64,000 bases of DNA, taken from Oikopleura dioica. Its lineage: Eukaryota; Animalia; Chordata. The stretch is from positions 16,813,208 through 16,877,207 of the forward strand of contig OU015568.1 of NCBI GenBank assembly GCA_907165135.1. Direction: 5' to 3'. Of this stretch, positions 50,816 to 63,050 are shown one piece after another. The notes under the pieces are model-generated. The model was not told where the DNA came from. It saw only the letters and a program-made list of their open reading frames with translations, and did not search any database. Each line of letters opens with the position of its first letter. The first letter of the stretch is position 1. A program made the translations under genes and the position numbers.

Positions 50816-51242
50816 TAATGACCATCATCATCAATAGAGATATTTACCAATCGTAGTCTGATTGAGGCCCTGTCTCGGTCATGGGCTCAGTTACTAGCTC
50901 ATTTGCGGTCAACGATGCGGCAAATTCGACCGAAGATTCATCCTCATTACTACTCAGAGTGGTTTCTGAGAAAGCTGCCAAAATGCCCAAGTCGGCGACG
51001 ACGAACGGCTCTGATTTGGACTGACTTTGCGCGATTTCTTTTTCGAAACCTGAGTCAGCATCTTGGCTTGGGAACCTGTGTAGAAAACCTGAGTCAGGGT
51101 CCGGAAAAAGCTTGGATAAAAATTTTAAAATTCATTGAAAAAGTAATTTTTAAATTTTTATTCAAGCTTTTTCAGAATCCTGACTCAGATTTTTTTTCAC
51201 GGGTTACCAAGCCAAGAAGCTGACTTTACATGGTTTTTCTTG

Positions 51243-51398
51243 GGGAGGTGTCTGGAACCAACAAGAAAATTTCGACAAATTTTGTGCGGAAATTTTCAAC
51301 CAATCAGAAGCCTGGATTCGGCAAACAGGCCAATCAGCAGCCGAGTAGCCGCCAACGCAAAATTTGTCGAAATATTTTTGTCGGTTCCAGACACCATC
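51243..51398. mobile_element. MULE-like MITE (same family as 13378-13622)
   Basis: GGGAGGTGTCTGGAACC ... GGTTCCAGACACCATCC. Confidence 0.7.
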
Positions 51399-51715
51399 CA
51401 TTTTCCTTTCTACAAGAAATTAACGCTGCAGAATCAGCTCGCCCTGAACCTGATGTAAAAATCTCCCATGATGACGCGGGCGCTTCGGAAGGGCGTTGGG
51501 GAACGAGCGGAGTCTGCTCGCCCGCGTGTGTTCCCAATGTTTTCGACGCCGCAGTCGACATGGTGTATGGTTCCGTATGTTGTTCTGCAAGTGCTCCTTC
51601 TGTTGCTACTCTGCTTGGAACAGACGTGGCGGGAACCCCCGTGACTCTGCGTTCTTCAGGATTTCCAAATCGCAGAATCTTAAAAACGTCTTTTTTGTCG
51701 ATTAATAATTCCTGC

Positions 51716-54521
51716 TCAGTCTAATTTTCCTCCTCGAGACTGTGCGGCAGAGTATAGACGGCTTGCCGCAGAATAAACCGTAAACATTTTCCGCGCGATT
51801 TATGTTTAACCGGATAAACTAAAAACCCCTTCCGCCGCTTCGAAGAAACGGATCTTACCTTTTGGTAAAGAAACAAGCATTCCGCGATTGTTAGTGGTTC
51901 TTCGTTTTCCCGGTAGTACTCGTACATGTAGCATTCTCAGAGTGGTTCATAATTGCCAAGAAAACTTATTTCAAAAGCATTTTTTTACAAGGGCTATTTT
52001 TTCGTCTAATCTGTTGTTTTGAACCAGAACCTATTGGAGATCTTGGATAGAATGAAGCTTTAGTGTCACTGTCGTACCAAGAGTAGTCCATTTCATCGAT
52101 CTCTTCGACTAAAAATTTGTTACAGATTTTTTTAGACTAAAATTTCGTTTTAATTAAAACTAGGCTCGACAACCTGTGTAGAAAACCTGGAAGTACAACC
52201 TGGAAACCTGTATACAATTATCCTGAGGATCATCCTCAGGATACCTTTTAAAAGCGTATCCTGAGGATCGACCCTAGGATACCTATCAAAGATGATTTCT
52301 GAGGAAAAGATTTGCGCGGTTCTAAGTCAAGGAGCGTGTGTGCGCTCCGCGCCTGTCTTGTAGTAAACTCTGGGACTGAATCTGTCAGTTTTTTCTTATC
52401 CTCAGGACTAATTTTATCGAAGAAATTTTATGATCTGATACCCAGGATTCGTTTCTAGAGTGTATCCTGTGTCTTATCCTCAGGATAGGTTTATGAAAGG
52501 TATCCTGAGGACAATCCTCAGGATTCACTTCTAGAGGGTATCCTGAGGATGATCCTCAGGATAATTGTAACCTTCCGAAAACCTGAGTCAGGTTCTGAAG
52601 AGTTAATAGGCAAAGCCGCTTTGGGGCTTTTTATATTAACGAAGCCGCAAAGCGGCTCTGCCTATTAACTCTTCAGAACCTGACTCAGGTTTTCTAGACA
52701 GGTTGCCGAGCCCAGGTTTTACAAAGATCAAAAGAAAGACTAAATTCATCAAAGAGTTAAAAAGATGAGAATCAGTCATCCTGTTCTACAAAATAAGACT
52801 TTTACTAAAAGTCTTTTAGTCCTAGTCAGACTCAAGTGTTTCTCACGTGAAAAAGAATAACTTGAAAAAATGCGTTTGTGATTACCGTCTTGAGCGGATG
52901 TTGATAAGTCCAGCGCAGGTGTTCTAACTGCGAATTTAGTCGATGGGGCCATTGTCGATGGCGCTTTGTCCAGTTGGAGAGGCTCATCGGACTCGGCTTC
53001 TGGAAGAAAAAGATTGGAAATACTTGATGAAGGTGTATGAAGATTTTTTGGTGTGGTTTCCTCTAGCTTTCTTTTAGTTCAAAATTTGAGGCAAAAAAAT
53101 ATTTCAACAAATTAATGGCAATTTCTTTCTCCATTTTTTTGAGAAATCTGATCGGCCTAACCGCTTAGTTCGGATATCTGATTTGTCCAAAATTATTGTC
53201 TAATTCGGGCTGAACTTCTACTAGAATAATACACTAAACTTTGTTTATTCTGTCGGCCACTTAGTCGAGAAAAGGAAGAGACGCCTCGAGTACTTTGCTA
53301 ATTGAACCATTCCTGAGCCAAAAGAGTGGTCGGCAAATAAGTGCTCATCACGGACGCTTCTTGTACGGACATAGTGCTTCGTTCACTTTTTACCAGGTCG
53401 GAAATCCCCAATGAATAAATATACAATTTGGACTACTTGCCACATCCTCCGTTTATTTTTTTAATGAAAGTAACCCAAATTCTAAGTTGGACGCCGAATT
53501 TTCACACTCGACTTTCAAAAGCAAGTTCACCGAAACACTCGACAAGTGACACTTTCGACAAAGCCTCGGGTCGCTGACTTTCGATAATCTCGTGATTGGA
53601 CTCAAGAGGGTCGACCTAAAGCTTGATGCTGAAGTTGTCTCCGATTCTACTAATGGGCTTTGTGTCAGATAGACGGTCGAGCTTTGTATAGGAGATGATA
53701 GTGCGGTGGCTTCCAGTGTTGGGAGATAAGGAACTTGTGGTGAGGTCACAACGTTTTTCGGTGGAGAACTTGACTCTGAAGAAGATGGACTGGAGGTGGA
53801 TTCGGAAACTGTATACAAAACCCGAGTCAGGGTTTTAAAATCTCTTATGAAAAGCCGCGATTTGAGATCTTCCGAACCCTGAGTCAGGTTTTCTACACAG
53901 GTTGCCGAGCCCAGGACTTGTGGTAGATACTGTCGAGAATTGACTGTTGGTTGAGTATAAGCTTAGACTTGAGCTTCTTTCGATGGAGTTTGGAAATGGC
54001 AGAGTTGAAGAAAGAGTTGGCAGTATTGTTGATGAAACGAGTGTTGTTGGCTGGACTGAAGTTTGACTCATCGTCGAAAAACTCGGTGTCGTGGCAGTCG
54101 TTGTTACTGTTTTCGTTTTCGGAGTTGTCGTGGTTTTCTTGTTTTTCTTTCTTTCTTTGTGCTTGTTGCGCCTCCCTTTCTTATCAGAGTGCGGTTTTTC
54201 TTGGATCAACTCTGTTCCTCGCTCGTCCCAAATTTCGAATGATTCGATCACTTTTTTAAAGATGAAGTAATTCTTTCAAAACTATTCGAATTTATTCATT
54301 TTTTCCTTTTCCTTCATTTTCATCAAAATGCTCGTCAACAGGCGGGACATAAAGAGGCCTCAAAACCGGAGATGCTTCGTAAAATTTTCTTCGAACTTCC
54401 TCATTCATCGCTTAATTTTGTACGAAAAAACCTCTATTTTGATCTTACCTTTCTGTTTTTGAGCATTCATTAGGCGACGCACAACGAGGAGACCGCAAAA
54501 TAGGAGGATAACTGATGTCAT
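51716..54521 (-). CDS. Mucin-like S/T/P-rich secreted or membrane protein
   Basis: Hydrophobic N-terminus MTSVILLFCGLLVV and long T/S/P-rich exons (54255-53917, 53808-~53500). Later exons are AESDEPLQ...AQD|VEEIDEMDYSWY...PI|ECYMYEYY...LYQK. The 3' end is uncertain. Confidence 0.6.
52215..52567. mobile_element. Tc1/mariner-type MITE (TA TSD) nested in a CTGGGC-family MITE
   Basis: TA|CAATTATCCTGAGGATCATCCTCAGGATACC ... GGTATCCTGAGGATGATCCTCAGGATAATTG|TA, with internal ATCCTGAGGAT repeats. Confidence 0.85.
53796..53914. mobile_element. 119-bp MITE, CTGGGCTCGGCAACC family, within mucin coding sequence
   Basis: One intact and one degenerate TIR. TSD GACTGGAG / GACTTGTG (6 of 8 match). Confidence 0.8.
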
Positions 54522-54999
54522 AACTACAACTTGCTAGTAACCATGAAATTTTCAAGCTGTTGGTATTATTTCTAGCCGCCATTTTAGTTGCAGTCTACGA
54601 GGCAAATTGGCATCATAAAACTCGATACGTGTTCAAAAGTCCTTCGGATAAAGTAAGCCAACAAATTTTGAGTTGAAGGATGACCAAAATAATTTTTCGT
54701 GATTATAATTGAAACTTGAGATTTCTGCCGTCTTGCTTATTGAAACCCGATTAGGAATCGAACCATGGAATAAAAATGGTCGTTTAAGATTATTTTCGGG
54801 TCAAAGTCCAAAATTTGACCAAAAGCAATAGAATTTCGAGTGACGGAATTTCAAGTTTTTAACGGAGATTTTCTAAAGTAAAGGATATTTTACCTATTAG
54901 AGCCGTTAGCAAGTACTTTAGCCTTCTCATTTTTCGTTTGATTTACAGTTTTCTCTCTTTAAACTCTTCACAGAGCAGTTAAACGCGATTTCACGCCGA

Positions 55000-55810
55000 G
55001 CACAGTAGAAAAGTGTCTTGCGGTTATGTTGAACGAGCTTTCTAGCCAAAGGTATGAAGGGCCATGACGGGCTGGGACGGACGCTGGCCATGACCCAGAA
55101 CTTTCGCCTTGCTAATCCAGCAGCGCTCGCTCAAAGTCTTTATGGTAACCTCCGAGGGATAGTTTAATCTTCTCAGCTCATAAGAAAGCCCTTATCGTCG
55201 TGGTGTCAGATGCGATTTTTGGCTCAGCATTCGCGCCCAAGAATTTCATGAAAAACGCCTTTCCGAAAGCGGCATTCTTGCACTTCTCTAAAAGAATGAT
55301 CACGTTGGCGGTGCACTTCCGTCAGACACTACTCAAAGATTTCGCTTCTAAAATCACCACAGGCCGTGATAAGAATCGCCATTCTTACGGAGACACTTTC
55401 CACCGATAAGCGACGCTTCCGAAGTCAAAATTTTACACAAGTCACTTCTGGCCACCGTTTGCTGGAAAATTCAAAAGCGTCTCAAGATCATGTATGTTTT
55501 GAGTAATCTGCGGCGTTGGCGACGGTGGCGAATTCAACTTGTGGTCTTTGATGTCGTGCTACAAATTTGAGGCTGCTTCATTCCAAACAGTTAATCAGTT
55601 GCTCCAGAAACTGTGAATTTGCCGCAAAGAACATGCTTTTTCTAGCGTCTCTTTTTAAATATTTTCAAATTGCTTTTTCAATTCTCAAATTTTCAGCTTC
55701 TTGTTCAGTTTTGACCGTTAGCTACTTTAGGTACAGCGCTTCTGAGCTGCATATCATCTTCAAGAAAATCTTCTCACGTCCTTCAAAATCGTCCGGAAGC
55801 TTTCGCCTGC
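55000..55810 (-). pseudogene. Decayed, intronless-looking ORF relic
   Basis: Protein-like stretches in one frame (RRKLPDDFEGREKIFLKMICSSEALYLK*LTVKTEQEAENLRIEKAI*KYLKRDARK...) are broken by scattered stops. Identity unknown. Confidence 0.25.
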
Positions 55811-57132
55811 ATTAACCTCGTGCGTCTTAGTCTCTTAGGGCCTGATAACGCATTTTTATCCGAATTTTCAGCTTGGTTATTTAGACAAGAGTCCCTTGTC
55901 GACTCAGGCCTCTAGAGATAGGACTCAGACTCTTGATGAAGATGTGGTCATCAACGTGTTTCTCAACCCTTGTTCTTCTCGAGATATGAAAGTTTGTTGC
56001 GCAGGAATCGCAATTTCTCCAGAGCAGGAATTGGAAAAACGGATAAATTTCATGGGAGAAGGAAAATATTCACGCGAGTGACAAGTGCCCTACCATTTTG
56101 CATCAGCCCGCTGACCTGGATGAGTTTTCGGTGAACCCGCAAATTCTAAGTCCAGAATAACAAACGTCGCTTATTTCGCTCTTTTAGCGAAAGTTTAAAC
56201 ACTACCCGTGTCTTCTCGAATTCGCTCTTCCTTTTTCCGAAGATAAGGGACAACGGGCATTTGTTATTTTTAAAAGAAGAAAATGATAGTTTTCATTTTT
56301 CAGTTTAAAATAAAGTGAATGAGGAGACAACTTCATAAAAGAGATTTTCAATTATCTTAGAAAGTTTAATGAAAGCCGCGCAGCGGCTTTTCTTTTAAAG
56401 AAGCCGCGAAGCGGCTTTGAAAGAATCAAAAATTAGATTGAAATTGTAATTTTGGCGAAGCCGCTTTGCGGCTTCGTTTTAAAAAAAAGCCGTTAAGGAA
56501 TGAATGATTTTTGACTCAGGATTTCAACACAGGTTGATGAGCCTTTAGCTGAAAGTCTAGCTGGGCTGGGCAACCTGTGTAGAAGATCTGAATCAAGTTC
56601 TGAAGCGGCTTTTTCAAAAAGGAAGCCGCGACGCGGCTATTCATTTACGCTCTAGAAAACCTGACTCAGATAAATTCAACAAAGAATGTCTTGGTTGAGG
56701 CTAAAAAATAGTTTCTGTCGCGGTGTCATTATTTAGAAAAACCAATGTTGTTATAATTTTTAAGATGCCTCTCTCCGCATTCTTTAGAAACTTGCTTTGA
56801 GAGAAGACAAATAAGAAGCACGAATCTGCGGGCTTGCTAAACAACAAATTGTCTCTTCGAACTTTTCTCTCGTTTTCTCTCTTTTCGCTTCTGGTGTCCG
56901 TAATTTTGTGAAATGTGCGCAAGAATGTGGTGGTGGTTATCACTAAGCTGTCAACAATGGCGATTGCCAGCTCACCAGTTTGAAAAAATGATAATCATTT
57001 TTTGCGCCTCGAAGCCCGGAAGGGCAAATGCGAACGTTTTATTTTTCTCTATTTCTGTTTGCGTTCCGAAGAAAAATTCCGATTTGGTGGACAGAATTTA
57101 ATTCGAGAAAAAAGATGCCTTTTTATTTTGAA

Positions 57133-57680
57133 TCATGGCATTTGAATAGTTTTGACTGTCTTGAATCGTTTCATCAGACCAATTTGAGCCAGGCACGCTC
57201 CGTTTTTGCACGTGACTGATGTATCCAGTGGGTTGAGATCTAATTGATTGAATGTTACTTTTCTGAAAGCATATTACTCTTTGGAATGTCGATTGTTTGG
57301 GTCCAAGTGCGATGAGATTTTCGCCGTTGAAACTCGTTCTCGTCGGTTGATTGGTGATCATAAACCAATTTCATCGAGTTGGCCTCTACCTTCGACCGAA
57401 TCTGAGTTTTTTTAGCAAAATTTCTCTTCAAAAAGCTCACCGTTGTGGAATCAATTTCCTCCGGAAGCAGAAACTCGACCGAGTAGAGCTTTTCCTCCTT
57501 GTTGAAATTCCAGTTGGCAGGTTTCATTTCTTCTCTCTTACTGTAAGAAAAGCCAGAAAGGGCTGATTTTTATTCCAGATATTGTTAATTAGACAGTCTC
57601 ATCGGCCGGATTGGCGTCTGATTTCGATATAACGTCTGCCGTGGAAGTTTCCCAATAAATCTTTGATTGACTGTTTCCTT
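57133..57680 (-). CDS. Small heat-shock protein (HSP20/alpha-crystallin)-like; 5' end unresolved
   Basis: EKLYSVEFLLPEEID...KLVYDHQSTDENEFQRRKSHRTWTQTIDIPK|NLNPLDTSVTCKNGACLAQIGLMKRFKTVKTIQMP* follows the beta-strand pattern of an alpha-crystallin domain. Confidence 0.55.
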
Positions 57681-57702
57681 TTGTAAGATCGGGGTCAAAA
57701 AC

Positions 57703-58911
57703 GAGAGAGGCGATTTTCTGGCAGTTAGACTTTCTGGCAGTTAGACTTTCCGGCAAAGGCGATTTTCTGGCACTGCCAGAAAATCTAATATGCCAGAAAA
57801 TCTAATTGCCAGAAAATCGCCTCTTTTGATTTTGAATTTACAGTTAATGATCTTGGAAGGTTAAAAAACGGAGAGGGTTTTCGACAGTACCACCAATGTT
57901 TTCTTACACGTTTTTATAAAAATTCATTGACAAAAGCCACTTTTGACCCATTTATTCAAGATTATTGGCTGTAGCAAACATAAATCAGCTTCTTCCGGGA
58001 ATATTTGTGTTAATCACCCGGTGTTATTTGCATCTGATTTCGAGTACTTGGTCACAGTGAGCACCCACTGAGATAATGGCGCACGCTAATGCTTTTGAAA
58101 CTGAACTTGTTATAAAACTCTCCTGAAAATTCTTCCTCAGGTGGTGAAATCGCTTTTATAGGATGGATATTATTTGAAATTCTGCAAGAAACTCTTTTTG
58201 TTAAATCATTTTATAAATTCGAAAAACTGGTGATTATCACACAAATTTCATTTCGGAGCAGTTTCAGCAGGAGTTTGCACCTTTCGATGGGAGCGTTTGA
58301 TTTAAAAGCCGACTATTCAGGGCGCTAAAAAGACGACGAATTTGGAATTGAAATTTCTGCGCTAAAAATAGAATGAGGGCAGCATCCGCAGTTCGTTCTT
58401 GCTCTTTTCGAAGTGACAAACGGGTTAACAGGCAGCTGAAAAGTTAGATTTTGATTTTTGAGAAAATGAAGAGAAATCTGATAGAAAAATATTGAAAATG
58501 ACACCGATTCCACCACCTTCTGAGGAAGAGTTTTAAAAAGCATTAGCGTGCGCCATTATCTCAGTGGGTGCTCACTGTGACCAAGTACTCGAAATCAGAT
58601 GCAAATAACACCGGGTGATTAACACAAATATTCCCGGAAGAAGCTGATTTATGTTTGCTACAGCCAATAATCTTGAATAAATGGGTCAAAAATGGCTTTT
58701 GTCAATGAATTTTTATAAAACGTGTAAGAAAACATTGGTGGTACTGTCGAAAACCCTCTCCGTTTTTTTACCTTCCAAGATCATTAACTGTAAATTCAAA
58801 ATCAAAAGAGGCGATTTTCTGGCAATTAGATTTTCTGGCAGTGCCAGAAAATCGCCTTTGCCAGAAAGTCTAACTGCCAGAAAGTCTAACTGCCAGAAAA
58901 TCGCCTCTCTC
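57703..58911. mobile_element. 1.2-kb foldback/MULE element with ~390-bp TIRs
   Basis: Arms at about 57703-58093 and 58538-58911 are near-perfect reverse complements. Perfect 9-bp TSD GTCAAAAAC (57694-57702, 58912-58920). Confidence 0.93.
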
Positions 58912-60805
58912 GTCAAAAACATCTCTACAGAAAAGGCGCGCAGCGGCTTTTTTCAATACAAAGCCTCAAAGAGACTTCGCCAAAACTTTGAAAATAATTA
59001 GGAAGATGATTTAGGAAGCCGCTTTGCGGCTTCGTTTAAAAGCCGCTGTGCGGCTTTTCATTAAAGATCTATTAGACGTCGACACAGGTTTTCTACACAG
59101 GTTGCCGAGCTTGGGTCACTTTCAACTGTCTTTAAAGTTAAAAGTGAACCTGAAACCGAATCGCGCCGAAACGATATACAACCTTTATTTGTGAAGAGGC
59201 TTAGCGAGTAATCTTTTGTGAAGCAAGAAAGCCGAAAAAGCAGCAAGTTCAACGATCGCTTATTGGATTCGAATTAGATGCTCAGGCGAGATTGTTTTTG
59301 AGACACAGAAAAGCAGCAATGATAAAACTGAATTAAACTCAAGACACGTCTCTTATCTTTCCTTTGTAAAACAACAGCCTAGCACTATTGACTCCCGTAG
59401 CGGACAAAGATCGAAAATCCGGACCAATTTCTTAAGAACAAAAAAACTGAAGAAGGAACATCATCATCCTTATTTTTCGATGAAAAATTAGGATGTCGTG
59501 GCTCAAATCGCTTAAAAAACAGCCAAACGCGCACATCTGATTGGTCGTAAATTTGGCTCAAATTTTGGTGAAAATTGTCGCAATTTTTGTCGATTTGTGA
59601 CAAAAAGCGCGACAAACGACTCGAATTTTTGCGACAATTTTTGTAAAATCTGATTTGCCCATCAGCTAAATACGGACTTCTGATTGGTCTAAAATTTGGC
59701 AAACGTTGTCGCAATTTTTTCCCAAAAATTGGTCGTTCTAGTCTGACTTTCCTGATTTTTCTCGGTACTTATAGACACGCCAAGTTTACTTTTCTTATAG
59801 TAGCGTCAATTAACTAGCCTAATCGAGTCGCTTTTTGAATGGATTTAGACTTTATCGGCGATTTTCAAATAAGCACAAGAAAACCTCCTTGAATGAACTG
59901 AGATATCTGGCAAGAACTATGATTTTTGATGCTGAATTTAGAAAGCCTTTCAGCTGGCGCTCGCTTCTACTCGCTTCTTGTTTTTGCACCCTTCTAATAC
60001 TTTAATTCGGCAAGATGCTGACGTTGGGTTCACTAAATTTATTTTCCAGCAGGAGCATTAGACCTCCGTCCGCGTGACTCGCCTTGTTTTGGCCATTGCC
60101 AACGACTTCCTTCAAAAAAGCAACTTCGGAATTAGGATTAATCTGCGCTTCGTAATCAAATCAAAACTTCAACTTCTCAAAATCTTGCAAAAATAAAAAT
60201 TGCGGCTGATTCTTTTTGGTTGTTTTTTATATTTTTTCGTGACCAATCACGAGACGTTCTCTTTGCACTGAAGATGGCTTAAAGTAGCCGAAATCGATAT
60301 GCAATAAACTTCACATCAAACTCATATTTTTTCGTATATTTATATTTTTATTATAATTTTTAAATTTTTTATAATTTTAATAATTTCTAAATAAGAGAAA
60401 TTTTAAAAATTATTATTTCTTTGTTATTTTAAATTAAAATAATTAAAATTTTTAATTATTTTCTAATAATAAAAAATTAGAAATCTTTATCTTATTGTTA
60501 ATAATATATTTTTTAATTGTTAACAATATAAATAATTTCAATAATTTTCAATACTAGATAATAAAAGACGCGGTTGATTTTTTGGTTGATTGTGAATCTG
60601 GACAAGTTTATTTACACTTTTAGTACAAAAGAAAACACAGTTCCAGTATATCCTTCAATATATACTGTATTTACAAGCGTTTTGGTTTATGTTCAAAGAT
60701 TATTTTCACAGAATCAAAAATGTTTGATTCATGTCTAGAGCAAAAGTATGTAGGTTCTTAATTTTTCAACAATGGACAAGTTTTTAAATTCACTTGCTTC
60801 GAAGT

Positions 60806-63050
60806 TTATCCTCCGAAAGCGCCTCTGGAAGGATTTGGGGATGTCTGCATCATGTGCTCGCGGATCCAGTTGGTGTAGGTCGAGACTGAAAAGAGAAAGA
60901 TTAGAAATGATACGGAGAACTTGATCAGCGATCGACGTGTTTTGTCTTTTGCTGGATTGAAAGAAGAAGACGCGAATATGCTTTAACACACGATGAGCGT
61001 TCCACAGCCAAGCGGATTTAAGGCGGTGCTCACTTGCGGAACACGATCGAGCGATAATTCAACACAGGTGGAAACCTGACGAGAGCGGCCCGTGAGCTCA
61101 TGAGCTCCTCGGCTACAGAAGACGCTTCAATTACCTTTCGTCCAGACTCCAGGCGCATTAGGAGCGCCGCATTTGATTCCCCATGAAGTAACTCCGACAA
61201 GTACTGGCTTTTTCGAGGCTCGAGAAACTTTAAATTCATCGTGCTATCTACTGGGCTCGACAGCCTGAGTAAAAACCTGAGTCAGGGTCTGACAGATCTT
61301 CAACGAAAAGCTGCTTGGATCTTTCAGACCCTGACTCAGGTTTTCTACTTATGGTGCAAAGCTCAGGTTGGCGAGCTTAGATGCTTCCAGGATAGAATGT
61401 TTGCCCATGTTTATCCCAAGTTTGCAAGCTCAAGTTTCAAAACTTACGAAATAGAAAATCTAAAAATTTCGAACCGTTCCTGTCGGATCTCTTCGCTAGC
61501 GTGTCCCTTCTTCGCTCCTGGCGGGACAATGCCACAGATCATCGGTCCGCCGGAATCACCTTGGCAGGCATCTTTTCCACCGCCCTTTGACCCTTGAATT
61601 TCAATTAGTAAAAGCAAATATGGAGAATTTGCGCGCTTCGTGACTTTTCATGCGACTGAATCAACGCTCTTGAAATTTTTCGTAGCGCAAAAACAAGTCT
61701 GTTTTTCAAAGTACTAGCTTTTGTATTCTGCTGACTCTGGATTCTACAACCTGTGCGAAAACCTGAGTCAGGGTCCTGAAAAAGCTTCAAATTTCAAGCT
61801 TTCGTGACCCTGACTCAGGTTTTCCGACTGGGCTCGACCACCTGTGTGAAAACCTGAGTAAGATTGAAAAATGAATTTTTGGTCTATAGAACCTGACTCA
61901 GGTTTTCTACACATGTTCCCGGGTTTAGAGCTGACTCAACTGCGAATAGCATAAAATTAGCGATCAAAAGAGAGTTCGCTATTTTGACTCGTCGGGTAGA
62001 TATGTGCGTTTTGCATATTTGCGCCGGTGCATCTAAATCAGAAAAGCACATGGCGCTAGAATGGACTGTGAATTTTAATTTTCATTCCGCGGCCGCGCTT
62101 CGTTGCGCGTGGATAGACGCTCTTACCTGCGCAGAACATGGCGTCTTTGACCAAATACTGTCCATTCATCGTGTTCGCGCATTGCTGGTCCGACATGATG
62201 TCCAGATCGACCTCCTGCAATTGCTCGGCGACGGAGCCTGACTCGGTCTGTCCCCAGCCTGCGACCCAGCACTTTGTTCCAGGCGGGGGGTGCTCACCTT
62301 GCGGGGGCAGGCAAGCCGGGGCGGCGAGCGGCTTCTGGTTTAGTTTCATAAAGGGGACTTTAATTATGCAAATGTCATTTTTAATTTGTCGTCTAGAGTA
62401 TTCTGGGTGGATGATTAGTTCTTTGGCAGTGTAAGTATACTCGTGCGGGTCTAAACAGCGGATGTCTCCAGTTCAATTCGTTCTTTAAAAATGCTCTAAT
62501 AATTAGGCGCTGGACATTCCCACGGAAGCCATCAAAAGAAAAAGATCTTCCATCCGCGCTCCTTTCTGGTGGAAGTAATGGTCGGAAATGGTGCATTTGA
62601 CCTTGTCGGGCTTCCGCTGGAATCCGTCGCAGCAATGCGCTGCGGAAATGATCGTTTCGTCATCGACGATCGTTCCGCCGCACAAGAAGTTGTCGAAGGC
62701 GATGTTGACGATCCAGGGCCAGCTGTAGGGGACCACGTCTTTGCCTCCGTAGATCCGTTGTTGGAAGTTGCCTTTTGAATCTTCCTAAACAGGGGAAGCA
62801 TGAAAGACTGAAGGGAGGGAACAAAAGAGTGTACCTTGCAAACCATGTCTTGCGGAATTCGATCAGTACTACCCGTGGACGAAACGGCGCCCAGATCGGA
62901 AACTTCCAGCCCCGTCTCTCTCTGCTCCTTGTGGTCGTTCTTGCAGTACCAGTTGCCCGAGTAGTCGTTTTTGAAGGCTGGGATGTCGATGATCTTTTTC
63001 ATTCCAGCGCCGATTCTCCAGTGGCAGAATCCGTCGGCTTCTTCGCGGCT
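60806..63050 (-). CDS. Trypsin-like (S1A) serine protease with prodomain; signal-peptide exon not resolved
   Basis: Activation site QQR|IYGG. Catalytic triad in SAAHC, NDICI and GDSGGP, S1 Asp in KDACQ, then GVTSWG..CG...PGVWTKVSTYTNWI. Confidence 0.92.
61247..61925. mobile_element. Cluster of CTGGGC-family MITEs in protease introns (61247-61368 and nested copies at 61738-61925)
   Basis: AAAACCTGAGTCAGGGTC / GACCCTGACTCAGGTTTT inverted arms. Confidence 0.75.
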
